From positions 8,680,001 to 8,744,000 of the forward strand of contig OZ024746.1 of NCBI GenBank assembly GCA_964016885.1: 64,000 nt of DNA, read 5' to 3'. The position numbers and the translations under genes are program-made. A model generated the notes under the pieces. The model did not search any database and was not told the DNA's origin. It saw only the letters and a list, made by a program, of their open reading frames with translations. This DNA comes from Eledone cirrhosa. Lineage: Eukaryota. Shown here piece by piece: positions 29,121 through 42,449 of the stretch; positions within the stretch are counted from its first letter, which is position 1; each line of letters opens with the position of its first letter.

Positions 29121-30807
29121 CGATAGTCTGCAAATTAATAGGCGGGGGTGCTGTCGAGTTATGTAATGCACGGAAACACTCTCCACTGTTGAGAGGATGT
29201 AAGTTATAGGAATTAGGAGACGTGATATGATGAGTGTAGGAGGTGGAATATGACTAAAACCCCTTTAGCTGGAACAGGATATTCTGTCACGGAGAGCTAG
29301 AATAGAACTGACAGAGACCTCAATAGTGTTATAGGGCCCGAGATATGGGTGGAGTTATTGCATAGTATGTGGATATGTGTAGAGTGTTTAGGTGGCGGAA
29401 AGGTGATCAAGAGTGAAGGGGATAAAATTACTCGATGTAAAAAATTGCGGATTGGAAAAGATTCATTTGGTGTCTGCATAATTTAACGATTTAATATATC
29501 TTATTCCCATAGTTGATTGATTTGATTCGGGAAGCAGACGTGTAATCTAGTACAATGCTGTTTCCCTTAAGAGAAACAGCAAAGTCGATACTGCGATGAT
29601 TTGCCTACAAAAGGTATTATACGAATCAAAATTTTGTTAATAATAATTCTGATTCTTTTATTGAAAACATTGTAAATAATCAAATCTCAAATCTATTTAA
29701 ATTGTGTTAAAATTCTGTGCGTCTGACTAACATTTTTTCACTATCGCCTTTAAGAAAATTGATACTTATTCAGATAAGTACAATTAAACGTATAAGAGAA
29801 TTCGTGCAAGAGAATATACTAAATCATAGCGCCGATTATTCATGCTCTGAACTCATGTGTCTGCACTTAGTCCACCCCACTGACATTTAGACATATATGT
29901 TACTTAGTGTCACAGCATTAATGAGATTTTGAGGTTAATTAGACTTCCGACAAAATATCAGAGCGGAATTTCTAAAAGCAGACGTAAGATTCATTAGACA
30001 TTTTGTTCATTATAATGATCTTTAATGCAAGTATTAGACTAAATAAATGTTATATCGGAACTGTTATTGATCTTGTCATAATATAAAATTAGCTTTAATT
30101 TTAGACCGGCTTCTGAAAACAATAACAAAACGAAGTAGCGCATTGAAATGCGGAAGATTAGAAATATCTTGCAAATTTCCTAACACAAAGAGAAATATAT
30201 GAAAATGGTTCACTCCTCTGTACAGACTCACACGTGAACGATGTGGGCGAAGGTGTATATCATTACTTCTCTCTTTCAATCACATCATGTGTGTATTACG
30301 AATACATATGCACGTGTATATATATATATGTGTGTATGTGTGTATACAGGGGCGGTGGAACTGGGGATGGGTCAGGAGGGCCATGTTTCCCCACCCCAAT
30401 AATTATATTTTCCTCACAAAACTACCAAAACACATCTATTTGTATATGCGCTACATTTTATGTACATTTTATGTAGATACAGATGGGAGATATATATATA
30501 TATAGATATAGAGAGGGGGAGAGTTTGGTGGTAATTGTTATAGAGAGGGGGATTGGAAGAGAGTTCCGTGTAGTAGATATAGAGAGGAGGAGAGTTTGGT
30601 GTTAATTATTATAGAGAGTCACTCTAATCCAAGGACGCCTGCCTAGAGATGTTCACAAAGCTGTAAGCAAGTGTAAAGGTGTGCCCCTCACATCCACTCT
30701 ATCACTTTACTGGGACACGAACCGGGGGTTCATCATTTTGAAATTGCTGTTAAAGTACATTCCTTCGCCAGATCGATGATTTCGATTTCCACGTGCTCTG
30801 TTGCTAG

Positions 30808-31054
30808 ATAGTCGTTGACCTTACGTACATACACATACAGAGGGTAACACTCACACATACATACACATACAGAGGGTAACACTCACACATACATACACAT
30901 ACAGAGGGTAACACTCACACATACACACACACACACACACAGGCAAACACTCACACCTCACACATAGATACACATACAGAGGGTAACACTCACACATATA
31001 CACACATACAGAGGGTAACACTCACACATATACATGGATAGTCGTTGACCTTAC
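30808..31054. repeat. ~30-bp minisatellite bounded by an 18-bp direct repeat
   Basis: acatacagagggtaacactcacacat x5; gatagtcgttgaccttac at both ends. Confidence 0.85.
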
Positions 31055-31531
31055 ATACACATAAACATGCGTACACATGTACGCGGATACATATATACTT
31101 TACTACTAAACATAATGTATTGACAAACATATATAAACAAACAAAAATAAACACCCGATAATACTTATAAATGACAAAAGGAAAATGCTAAGGCCAAAAA
31201 CAATAACAACAATAACAAACAAACTATTAAAATAAATAAAAGAATTAAATAAACAAATACATCGAATGATGCCAATTCAACTGATTTCATTGTTTACAGG
31301 AGACATTATAATTTTCTTGGCGCAATCCAAATTTATGATTGTTGGCTCCGGTTTCATATAGAGAACTGTTAATTTCTCCTTCTTTTGCCTTTTGTTTTTG
31401 TTGAAAAGAATTCTATTGAATTTTTATCATCACATGATGTTAGCGAACAAGTTGAAGCAAATAAACAGGCATACAAATGTTGTAGATTACATATATTTAC
31501 TATAATTCCATAAAAAAGATAACAATAATAA

Positions 31532-31910
31532 TAGTTTCTACGTTTGGCACAAGGCCAGCAAATACCCAGTGCATTACTGGTACTTTATTTCATCGACCCC
31601 TGTAAGGATGAAAGACAAAGTCAACCTCGGCGGGATTTGAACTCAGACTGTAAAGGGACGTAACTATGCTGGAAAGCATGGCGTCCGACCCTCTACCGAT
31701 ACTCAATAATAAAACAAGGCCAACCATTTGGGGGGGAGGGGGAAGGGAAAGTCGATTAAATCGACCCAGTGCATTACTGGTACTTATTTTATCGACCCTA
31801 TAAGGATGAAAGGCAAAGGTCAATTCGGCAGGATTTAAACTCAGAACGTAAAGCTCTGTAACTGTACTCCACAAAGCATGTTGTTACCCGCTCTACCGAT
31901 GCTACCAATC
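31532..31910 (-). mobile_element. Two SINE family 1 copies (short and long subfamily)
   Basis: Second copy retains the ggggaaaagtcgattaaatcgac segment that the first lacks. Confidence 0.85.
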
Positions 31911-32093
31911 CAATAATACCTCCTTTTGTTCCAAAGAATACTCCCCTGATAAAAAGACACATTTTCCAATATTGGTTATTCCAATTATTCGAAATTGCTG
32001 ATGTTGTTTCTTTTGCTTTTGAAACCACGGTAGGGAGATGTTTATATGAACGAGACTAAATTATGTTAGTCTGTCTGACTTGTACTTCTCGAA

Positions 32094-32169
<76 letters not shown>

Positions 32170-32532
32170 AAATGAAGTAATTCCGTCGGAAAAGTCCAGG
32201 AAAATTTTTTTATAGTATTGGCTATGAATCAAAGTTGTAGCTGCCACATAGCAGGTACTAATCGATTGATCGATAAGGTTTGGATTTATCGATGTTATGG
32301 TATAAGCATAGCCACTGCATTCGATCGTTTTTCTTCATGTCAACTTTTTAACTGTTGTATATATATATATAGTGAAAAATGGAACGGGAACAAAACAGAG
32401 AGGCAGTACGAACAAAGGTTTATTAGTTTCACGCTCTTGAGAGTGGGGGGTGGTTGGGTGGGTGGGGAATATATATATACTATCTAGCTATATATAGGTA
32501 GGTAGTAGGATTGGTGCTCTGAAATAGCGATA

Positions 32533-32607
<75 letters not shown>

Positions 32608-32698
32608 ACATTACTCCGGAGTAACCAAACCAACCTGCGTACTTCGCCGAATGTTCCAATCTGCATACTGAGGTGTCGGTAAACAACCAACATATACT

Positions 32699-32729
<31 letters not shown>

Positions 32730-32840
32730 AGAAACTAATGCTTTTTGAATGTTACGTTTGAATTTCACGTTGTTGAATATTGTAATGCTAGAAGAAAGGA
32801 GAACGTTAATAGATCAATACAAGATCAGTCATTAACTCAC

Positions 32841-33630
32841 CGTGATTTGATAAGTTGCTGAAAAACCGTTAGCATATGAATCACATCTATTCAACTGTCA
32901 CGAGTAGACCACATAATACATAAATCAATTCAAATTTAATAATTCGTGTTGCTTACATGTCTTACTCGTATGCAAGGTTGGTGGCTTTTGGTAATGAAGT
33001 TTGAATTCTGACGTAAACTTATATGGCCACCTTTCTGCTTATGATTATAAGCGTTACGATAGAAAGCATATCGTTGTTCTATATCAGAAACTAAAATGAC
33101 TTCTAGCAGTTCAAATGTTTATGCACAGGCTCCTTTGTTATCCCGTCTTCTAGAAAGAACGAATAGGTGTACTTGTCATGAGCAGAAGATATCACTGTAT
33201 GCTATTGGAATATTTTAGCTAGCAAACATCACTAGAATTATTTGCTGAAGGTACTAAAAGCTAATTATGACCTAATAGATAAAAAAAAAGTTCAGACCCA
33301 AATTAAGAGCGCATGGTATGACATAGCAAGCCATGACAACATCGAAGTGAAAATAAATTGATATTGAAAGGAATGGACGATTTCATTCACGTTGATTGCT
33401 TGCTACTCCTGATTAGCCTGATACGCGGTAGGACCACATATTTCTCATTAGACGCCATTGGACTTCTATCTCAATTAACAAATTTCCCGACAGGCTGTCT
33501 TAAAATTATCCAAATTCACCACTATAAGTTTGAAATATATTTATTCCCTAGCATATCTATTCCTTTTAGTATACGCCCAGTAAGGGCCCAGGAACCGGAA
33601 ATATCGATATATTTAAAGAAATGACTATGT
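32841..33630 (-). pseudogene. Probable decayed tandem CUB-domain coding sequence
   Basis: NKYISNL*W*IWIILRQPVGKFV, ICG, KYSNSIQ*YLLL, HKHLNC, FITKSHQPCIR and DSYANGFSATYQIT follow CUB motif order, with stops and frameshifts. Confidence 0.4.
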
Positions 33631-33673
33631 GTGTCTGCAAATCTCTTGATAATTTATACTCACACATACATAT

Positions 33674-33755
<82 letters not shown>

Positions 33756-33849
33756 GAGTTATAAACTAAAATAGTCTTTTACAATTAAATAGCTCAAAGA
33801 AAGGGATATTTCTGAGCCATGTATATATATATATAGAGAGAGAGAGAGA

Positions 33850-34023
33850 GAAGGAGAGGTAGAACTCTGGAAGTTAATATCCGTAGTGGTAGAGCACTCA
33901 GTCCATAGGGCGAGTTAGGTAGAAGAGGTAACACAACAGTTAGTTCACCATACTGAGAACAGGATCCACTAGGGTGAAACAATTGTTCTCAGTACGGTGA
34001 ACTAACTGTTATGTTACCACTTC
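33850..34023. mobile_element. Fold-back cassette family B with HHR 3' half
   Basis: Plus strand ga-t cc actag gg t-GAAA-caattg-TT-ctcag, preceded by an inverted copy of the downstream sequence. Homolog at 57121-57273. Confidence 0.65.
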
Positions 34024-34184
34024 CCTCTCTCTCTATATATATATTAATTTCCCCCATAACCTTACGTTCTATTTTCCCGTTATTCTATTTCTTATCTTTA
34101 TTTGTATATTATATATCAGCCTCACTTTCAATTGTTTAGCCTTTGTTTTTAAATTCATATCTTACGTCCATATTAAATTTTACT

Positions 34185-34242
34185 TTTCATTCTGATGAGC
34201 GATTTCAGACGTCTGTCTTCGTGAAACCTTTGGTAAAGGGAA
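34185..34242 (+). ncRNA. Type I hammerhead ribozyme
   Basis: tttcatt-CTGATGA-gcga(tttcagacgtctgtct)tcgt-GAAA-cc ttt gg-TA-aagggaa. Inverted copy at 34371-34428 has a mutated core (CTTATGA). Confidence 0.7.
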
Positions 34243-34268
34243 TAATTGTCTTATGTTGTTTATTACAC

Positions 34269-34344
<76 letters not shown>

Positions 34345-34435
34345 GTGTAATAAACAACATAAGACAATTATTCCCTTTACCAAAGGTTTCACGAAGACAG
34401 ACGTCTGAAATCGCTCATAAGAATGAAAAAAAAAA

Positions 34436-34467
<32 letters not shown>

Positions 34468-34892
34468 ATGTGTGTGTGTATGTATCTGTATGTGTGTGTA
34501 TGTGTCTGTACTTTTGTGAGTGTGTGCGTATGTCTGTATGAGTATGAGCGTGTATGAGCGTGTATGCATTATTTTGCGAGACACTGCAAAACATTTATGG
34601 CCTAAATGATGTTGTCAATAGAGTTAGGTATTTGGTAAGATTTTAAGTAGATAGAAAGGTGACCTGTAATGAAATTAGCGACAGTTAGATTGCCTAATAA
34701 AGGGGAGGGTAAGTTCCAGCTTATGAAGTCGTTAAATTAGTAAAGTTTATCACAAAAACGTAATATGTTACAATGGGCGTGTCAGATGAATGAGAGAGAG
34801 GCAGACGGTTAAAGAGTGAATGAAAGAGGGTTAAAGTTTAAGCTGGTTAGAATGTGAGAAAGATTTGAATCTGTTTTTGTATAGTATACACA

Positions 34893-35006
<114 letters not shown>

Positions 35007-35166
35007 GATAAATATACACGGGTGTGTATGATTGTGTATAGAAGATTATAATAATAAAAGGAATTCAAACTTTGTCTGATTTACTCGTTTTATTTACAAT
35101 CCTTTAAAATTTATAATGGTATTAGAATGAAATAGTATGGTAGAATATTAAATGTTAAGTGTTAAT

Positions 35167-35205
35167 TGAACAAGTACTTTCATGCTTTCGCAATCTTCAG
35201 GTTCA
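35167..35205 (-). ncRNA. Minimal type I hammerhead ribozyme, same family as 24273-24311
   Basis: Identical ribozyme sequence, inside fold-back with arms ~35016-35175 and ~35241-35402. Confidence 0.85.
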
Positions 35206-35402
35206 TAATGTGTGGTGACAGTCAAGTTTGCAATTTTCAAACTTGTTCAATAAACACTTAACATTTAATATTCTACCAAACTATTTCATTCTAATACCAT
35301 TATAAATTTTAAAGGATTGTAAATAAAACGAGTAAATCAGACAAAGCTGGAATTCCTTTTATTATTATAATCTTCTATACACAATCATACACACCCGTGT
35401 AT

Positions 35403-35509
<107 letters not shown>

Positions 35510-35539
35510 TATTGCCATCATGACCATGTAGCAATATAT

Positions 35540-35582
<43 letters not shown>

Positions 35583-35683
35583 ATGTCAACTGGATCCCTT
35601 TTTGTACAAGTTGAAAATATGTTATGTATAGATATATATAAATCTATACATCCCCATCTACATGCACACATATACACGCACTC

Positions 35684-35780
<97 letters not shown>

Positions 35781-35828
35781 TGAGTGAGTGTGAAATGAAA
35801 GACCAAAGGTCATTATTGAAAGTCTCTA

Positions 35829-36015
35829 GGCGGTGAATTGGCAGTATCGGTAGAGCGTCGGATGCCATGCTTTCCAGCAGAGTTACGTCCCTTTACTATC
35901 TGAGTTCAAATCCTGTCGAGGTTAACTTTGCCTTTCATCCTTACGGGGTCGATAAAATAAAGTACCAGTAATGCACTGGGTAATTGCTGGCCTTGTGCCA
36001 AAAGTAGAAACAATT
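35829..36015 (+). mobile_element. SINE family 1 with 18-bp TSD
   Basis: TSD attattgaaagtctctag at 35812 and 36013. Confidence 0.9.
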
Positions 36016-36674
36016 ATTGAAAGTCTCTAGATTTCGCAAAATACATAATATTTTTATTGGAGAAGGTAATATATTTTCCCGCAAAAATTTGATTGCTCTG
36101 TTTTGTTTCTACTTATGTATTTTTTGAAAATGTTATTTATTCGTTATAGAAATTAAATGATAGCATTCTATATGTATTGGGCCTCCTTCATCTCCTGGCA
36201 ACCAATATTTTTAGACCCACTCCGCCACTGTATACATATATATATGCTTTACCCTTCGCTGTGACCTGTCTTTTTTCTCTTCCCTTACTGCTATCCTCTT
36301 TCTCTCTTCCCTTCTCTCTCCTTCTCCCTCTTACTTTCACTCACCTCCTCTGCTACTCTCGGCTAGCCTCTTCCTCGCACTTTCACTCACTCTCTGCTAC
36401 TCACCCTCTCTCTCACTTCCTCCATTGTCCCACACCGTACGCGATCCTTTTCCTCGCTCACATCCGTACGGCTAAGATGTGTCTTTACCTTCTCATCAAA
36501 CTTCGCCTGTTCTTATGTTCAAAATGAATTATTGACTTGATTTTTTCATTTTTTCCTCTCTTTACGTTGCCTCACCATTTGTGTTTGTTTACCTGTCTCT
36601 CTTTCTCCACCCAACTCTTTTTATCCCAATAACTTATTTTAGTTATTGTATCGCCCTAGCTGGAGGTATATGGT

Positions 36675-36853
36675 CTGTAATGCGAAGAAATACCAATGAT
36701 GGCTAGTAGACAACTGATGACGGATATTCCTGGCTTCTATTTTTAATTCTTCATTTATTATATATATATAATAAATGAAGAATTAGAAATAGAAGCCAGG
36801 AATATCCGTCATCAGTTGTCTACTAGCCATCATTGGTATTTCTTCGCATTACA
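36675..36853. repeat. Near-perfect ~85-bp-arm hairpin centred on a short (TA)n
   Basis: tgtaatgcgaag...ttcatttatt (TA)n aataaatgaa...cttcgcattaca. Contains CTGATGA but no complete HHR. Confidence 0.85.
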
Positions 36854-36963
36854 TATATATATTTATATATATAATACAATCATTGTAAGTTTGAATCTAA
36901 CTGACATGCAAAAACATATATATTTGGGATAAGGTAAACCCAAATCATAGTAGATTCAAATAT

Positions 36964-37037
<74 letters not shown>

Positions 37038-37146
37038 GAGGTGCAACAGAAATGAAACATTGTTTAAAATATAGTTTAAAATATAGTCTAGATAGATGAG
37101 AAACAAAACGAGGATGTAGTTTATGTAACACCCGAATGATTTAGAA

Positions 37147-37600
37147 GTCGACCTTAAGTAGGAGCAATAACATTAAGAAAGACATGAACGACACCATATT
37201 TTGTATTGAAAATGTTGAAAGTTGGTTTATAAGTATGAATTTTCATTAGATCTTTGTAACTGTCTCAGTGGACTAGTGGTAGGTACCAGAGACAGTGGGG
37301 ATCCTGGTCTTGGGTTCAATCCTGGTTGAGCGGTACATGAATTTTTTTTTATTTTATATTCCATAGAAAAAAACTGAAAAGGTTCACCGGGAAAACCAAC
37401 TCCCGGTCAGAATCGAACCTCAGATCAGGAACACCACCATCTAAGTTTCCTCCCACTACGCCACCGAGGCAGCTACGAAAGTTTATAATTATTAACGAGA
37501 ATTAATAATTATAAACCTACATTGAAAATCAAAGTTAAAAAGATTTGGTGTCGTTCATGTCATCTGTATTTAGCGTCATTGCATCATATTTAGGGTCGCC
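37147..37600. mobile_element. Diverged fold-back element with two convergent tRNA-like Pol III cassettes
   Basis: Arms share gacatgaacgacacca and ggtttataa.tat.aatt. Box A/B on plus at 37269/37313 followed by T9; box A/B on minus at 37463/37419. Confidence 0.65.
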
Positions 37601-37691
37601 TTGTCAATCTTCTGGCTCTTTGGTAACTACCTTATTATTCCTATGTGTGTTTAACTGTTGAATTTATTTAATTTGAATATTTTAACAAACA

Positions 37692-37758
<67 letters not shown>

Positions 37759-37761
<3 letters not shown>

Positions 37762-37956
37762 CGAAGGAAATGTGGTAAGGAACCAGGTGGACCATAACGC
37801 ACCAAAGTACTCAATACTTGAGGTAGTAGAGTGGGTAATAGGAACCAGTAAGACCCCGACAGCTGAGCTCAAGCCGTTTCGACGGAATTAGCCGTCGAAT
37901 TAGACGGAATTAGCCGTCGAAACGGCTTGAGCTCAGCTGTCGGGGTCTTACTGGTT

Positions 37957-37960
<4 letters not shown>
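37759..37960. mobile_element. Family A fold-back cassette with scrambled/duplicated centre
   Basis: Centre reads gacggaattagccgtcgaatta-gacggaattagccgtcgaaac; (TA)n on both sides. Confidence 0.75.
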
Positions 37961-38000
<40 letters not shown>

Positions 38001-38082
38001 TATACGCACATATATATACATACACACATAAATATAAACATCCACATATATGTATATACAGTACATACCTATACCAGCCAGC

Positions 38083-38139
<57 letters not shown>

Positions 38140-38140
38140 G

Positions 38141-38171
<31 letters not shown>

Positions 38172-39671
38172 GTGTACACGCATAGATTTAAATAAATAAA
38201 TTGAAGTTGAAATTAATTTCGATGTTCACGTATTTGTAATTAATCTACTGTTCAGAAAGTAATTAAATTTGAATTATATTTAAAATGCTCAATAAATGAA
38301 AGTCGATAAAACAAACCTGAAACACCCCGTGAAAATATCTTCATCAAAAGGATATTAGAATTTCTCAGACCAGTTTTCATACTAGGGTAGTTGAAACAAT
38401 TACTAGTCTATTCCACCGAGTAGTGAAGTAATGTTACGGCACCTATCCCTAAAACTATGTAGATATTAGTGTAACTAACTGTATATACGCTAAAAAAAGA
38501 AAAAGACGTATGGCTACAGACAGACAGCACCTCTGGCAGGATAATGATTTTCTCATAGACTAATGAAATAATTTAGTGATATATCTTGGTATGTGTACAT
38601 TGCCGTAACCGAAAGGATCAAATATTTCTACTTACCAAAGATAAAAAAAAGTTTGAAGATGTGATACTGTCACAGCCTCACATCTTCAAACCTTTTTACT
38701 AATAAATATTTACACAATGTATCGTACAACTTTGATCTAAGTGCAGAGACGATGAGATAAATACGGCTGAAGTGTATTGGAATAACTGAAAAAGGATCGG
38801 ATCTTTGGGTGGCTACAGTATTAAATTCAACTTCGCTCATATGGGAATATAATATTTATATAAGGGGTATTTAGATAACAACCAAGACCAGAGAAATAAC
38901 GACAACATTAACAAGAATAATAATTTTACTCTATTGATACTCCCAAAACAATCAAAAAAAGAAACATAACTTGGTTAAAAATGAAGATTACAACAGAGAA
39001 AAGTAAAAGAAAAAAGAATATTTAATTGAATGTTGCATTTTTGCTTTTTTCTGTGAAAGAAAACGCATTAGTTGTATCAATAATTGAATTTTCATTTCTA
39101 GAGTTGCGTTCGAAAATAATCAAAAGCAAATTTAGAACATTCTTCTAACCTTGTGGAAAGAAAGAGTCAGTGTTGGTAGTGGAGAGAGAGGACAGGGAAA
39201 GGAATGGAAAATTAATTTTAAATGCGTTTTAAAAATACAAAAATAAAACGAAAGAATTGACACTTGATACGGTGGCAAATCCAAGATAAAAAAAGAATAA
39301 TGGTTTCTAACACACGTACAATCAACAGACAATTTCTATTTCATCCCTGAAATGATGGAAAATGGTGTCAATTGCGGCAGTGTATTAACTCAAGATGCAC
39401 AAAAGTTGAACCAAATATCGTTTCTGTTACTGGATAACCAGAAATAATTACAACAATAATACAATTCACCTAGCAACTATACGAAATACTACAGAATAAA
39501 TGCACCAAGGTATTAGATTCTACGAGACAGTTCGACGTGCTAGAAATGTCAACCAATTCTGTTTCAAAAAGACACATTAAATTACACAGTCTTAGATATA
39601 GCCCGTGAAAGAAAAACATATAACTTTGTTGCATTGGCTAGAGGCTTATATTTTACACATCAAGGCTTCAT

Positions 39672-39856
39672 TGGATTGGCAGTATCGGTAGAGGGTCGGA
39701 CGCCATGCTTTGACGCATAGAGTTACGGCCCTTGCCATTCTCAGTTCAAATCCCGTCAAGCTTAACTTTGCCTTTTATCCTTACGGGGTCGATAAAATAA
39801 AGTACCAGTAATACACTGGGTAATTGCTGGCCTTGTTCCAAAAGTAGAAACAATTA
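39672..39856 (+). mobile_element. SINE family 1
   Basis: Near-consensus copy. Confidence 0.9.
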
Positions 39857-40580
39857 TCATTCACAGTAATTACTGGCAATATGACACTAATGATGACAAT
39901 AACGGAAATGTTAAACATAAAAATCTAAACAATCAGTAAAGCTAAAGCCAAACGAATCATTTCAATTAACAAGTGGATATTTCTGTGAATGTAGAGCAAT
40001 ATTTAGTAAACACTAAGATAAAATAAATCACTTTCCCTAACGTATATTTTCACTGTAGTTTAAAAAATAAGGTAAAGTTGACAATTACACTGTCATGACA
40101 GACTTCATTAAGTCGACCCTTGAAAAGAAATGCATGGGTACATGATAGTCGAAAAGAAAACCCCGAAAACATTGTGTTCATTGTATTCAAGTACCCTTTA
40201 AAAAATAAATCCAAATTAGGATTAAGGTGTAAACTATTTAAAAATCATTCTCGATTAAATTTAGAGGGGAATTTATATTCTAAGATGCTTAAGCATAACT
40301 AAAGCAGTCTTGAAAATATGTTTTAAAGTTCATTTCAATGACCTTGTTTCAGTATAAACATCCATCTTAATCTATTGAATATTTATTGTAATAGCAATGA
40401 AGAATAATTTACCAATAGAATACTGAATCCAGCTGTTTTGTAGACAAATGTAATTTGTGTAAATGTCATTGTTAGAATGCAACATATATCTTCCAGATTC
40501 ACTAATCCATAACATAACATATCTCACACATTAAAATCACCCCCCCCCCCCGCCACCAAAATAGATATAACATCCGATAT

Positions 40581-41890
40581 TATAACACATTCCACATAAC
40601 AACAGATTACACAACACATTCTAACCCAACACCACCCAATAACACAACACATTCCACATAACAACAGATTACACAACACATTCTAACCCAACGCCACCCA
40701 ATAACACAACACATTCCACATAACAACAGATACACAACACATTCTAACCCAACACCACCCAATAACACAACACATTCCACATAACAACAGATACACAACA
40801 CGTTCTAACCCAACGCCACCCAATAACACAACACATTCCACATAACAACAGATTACACAACACATTCTAACCCAACACCACCCAATAACACAACACATTC
40901 CACATAACAACAGATTACACAACACATTCTAACCCAACACCACCCAATAACACAACACATTCCACATAACAACAGATTACACAACACGTTCTAACCCAAC
41001 GCCACCCAATAACACAACACATTCTACATAACAACAGATTACACAACACATTCTAACCCAACACCACCCAATAACACAACACATTCTACATAACAACAGA
41101 TTACACAACACGTTCTGACCCAACACCACCCAATAACACAACACATTCCACATAACAACAGATACACAACACATTCTAACCCAACGCCACCCAATAACAC
41201 AACACATTCCACATAACAACAGATACACAACACGTTCTAACCCAACGCCACCCAATAACACAACACATTCCACATAACAACAGATTACACAACACATTCT
41301 AACCCAACACCACCCAATAACACAACACATTCCACATAACAACAGATACACAACACGTTCTAACCCAACGCCACCCAATAACACAACACAATCCACATAA
41401 TAACAGATTACACAACACATTCTAACCCAACGCCACCCAATAACACAACACATTCCACATAACAACAGATACACAACACGTTCTAACCCAACGCCACCCA
41501 ATAACACAACACAATCCACATAATAACAGATTACACAACACATTGTAACCCAACGCCACCCAATAACACAACACATTCCACATAACAACAGATACACAAC
41601 ACGTTCTAACCCAACGCCACCCAATAACACAACACAATCCACATAATAACAGATTACACAACACATTCTAACCCAACGCCACCCAATAACACAACACATT
41701 CCACATAACAACAGATACACAACACGTTCTAACCCAACGCCACCCAATAACACAACACATTCCACATAACAACAGATTACACAACACATTCTAACCCAAC
41801 GCCACCCAATAACACAACACATTCAATTCCACATAACAGCAGATTACACAACACGTTCTAAACCAACGCCACCCAATAACACAACACATA
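40581..41890. repeat. Tandem satellite, 61-62 bp unit, ~21 copies
   Basis: Unit ataacacaacacattccacataacaacaga(t)tacacaacac(a/g)ttctaacccaac(a/g)ccaccca; two acacaacacattc sub-repeats per unit. Confidence 0.95.
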
Positions 41891-42117
41891 TAGTACATCC
41901 ACTATTCAATCACCTCAAGAAACTAAAGCTCTTAAAAAACTCACAATATCTACATAATAAGCAGACAAAGAGTAGACATCAGAAACAACAAAGCTAAATT
42001 GATTTATCAGCAAACCCTGTCCATCACTTCAAAAAGACACTGCAGCTCGTTCTTGTGAAACATGAAGGCGAGCTTGTTGATGAGGCATTTCCACCCTTGA
42101 CCTTCTGAGTTTAATTA

Positions 42118-42287
42118 TCCCAGTGTATTCCTGGTATCCCAGTGTATTACTGGTACTTTATTTTATCGACCCCGTAAGGATGAAAGGCAAAGTTAACCTC
42201 GGCGGAATTTGAACTCAGACCATAAAGGGCCGTAACTCCTTGCTGCAAAGCATGGCGTCCGACCCTCTACCGATACTACCAATCCAC
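42118..42287 (-). mobile_element. SINE family 1, 3'-truncated
   Basis: Head and core intact. Confidence 0.85.
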
Positions 42288-42449
42288 AAGCAATTTCACA
42301 TTAAGGAAAAAAAGAAAAGCAAACATTTCATTTAATTGCTAAAATAACATTTGAAATAAAAGAAAACAATTTTTCATTTAAAGAAATTCCAAAAGCTATT
42401 TTACATTCTTCTACATCTATAGAAGTACACTCTTCGGTGGATGTCTTTT

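Noticed and set aside
36712-36740. CTGATGA as a complete hammerhead
   Set aside because: No GAAA after the candidate stem II and no clean permuted fold.
38649-38695. Hairpin gtttgaagatgtga...tcacatcttcaaac with TTGAAGA
   Set aside because: No GAAA, stem III or TA flanks, so insufficient for an HHR call.
40581-41890. CRISPR-like or telomeric array (contains ctaaccc)
   Set aside because: No unique spacers, eukaryotic context, and only one TAACCC per unit.
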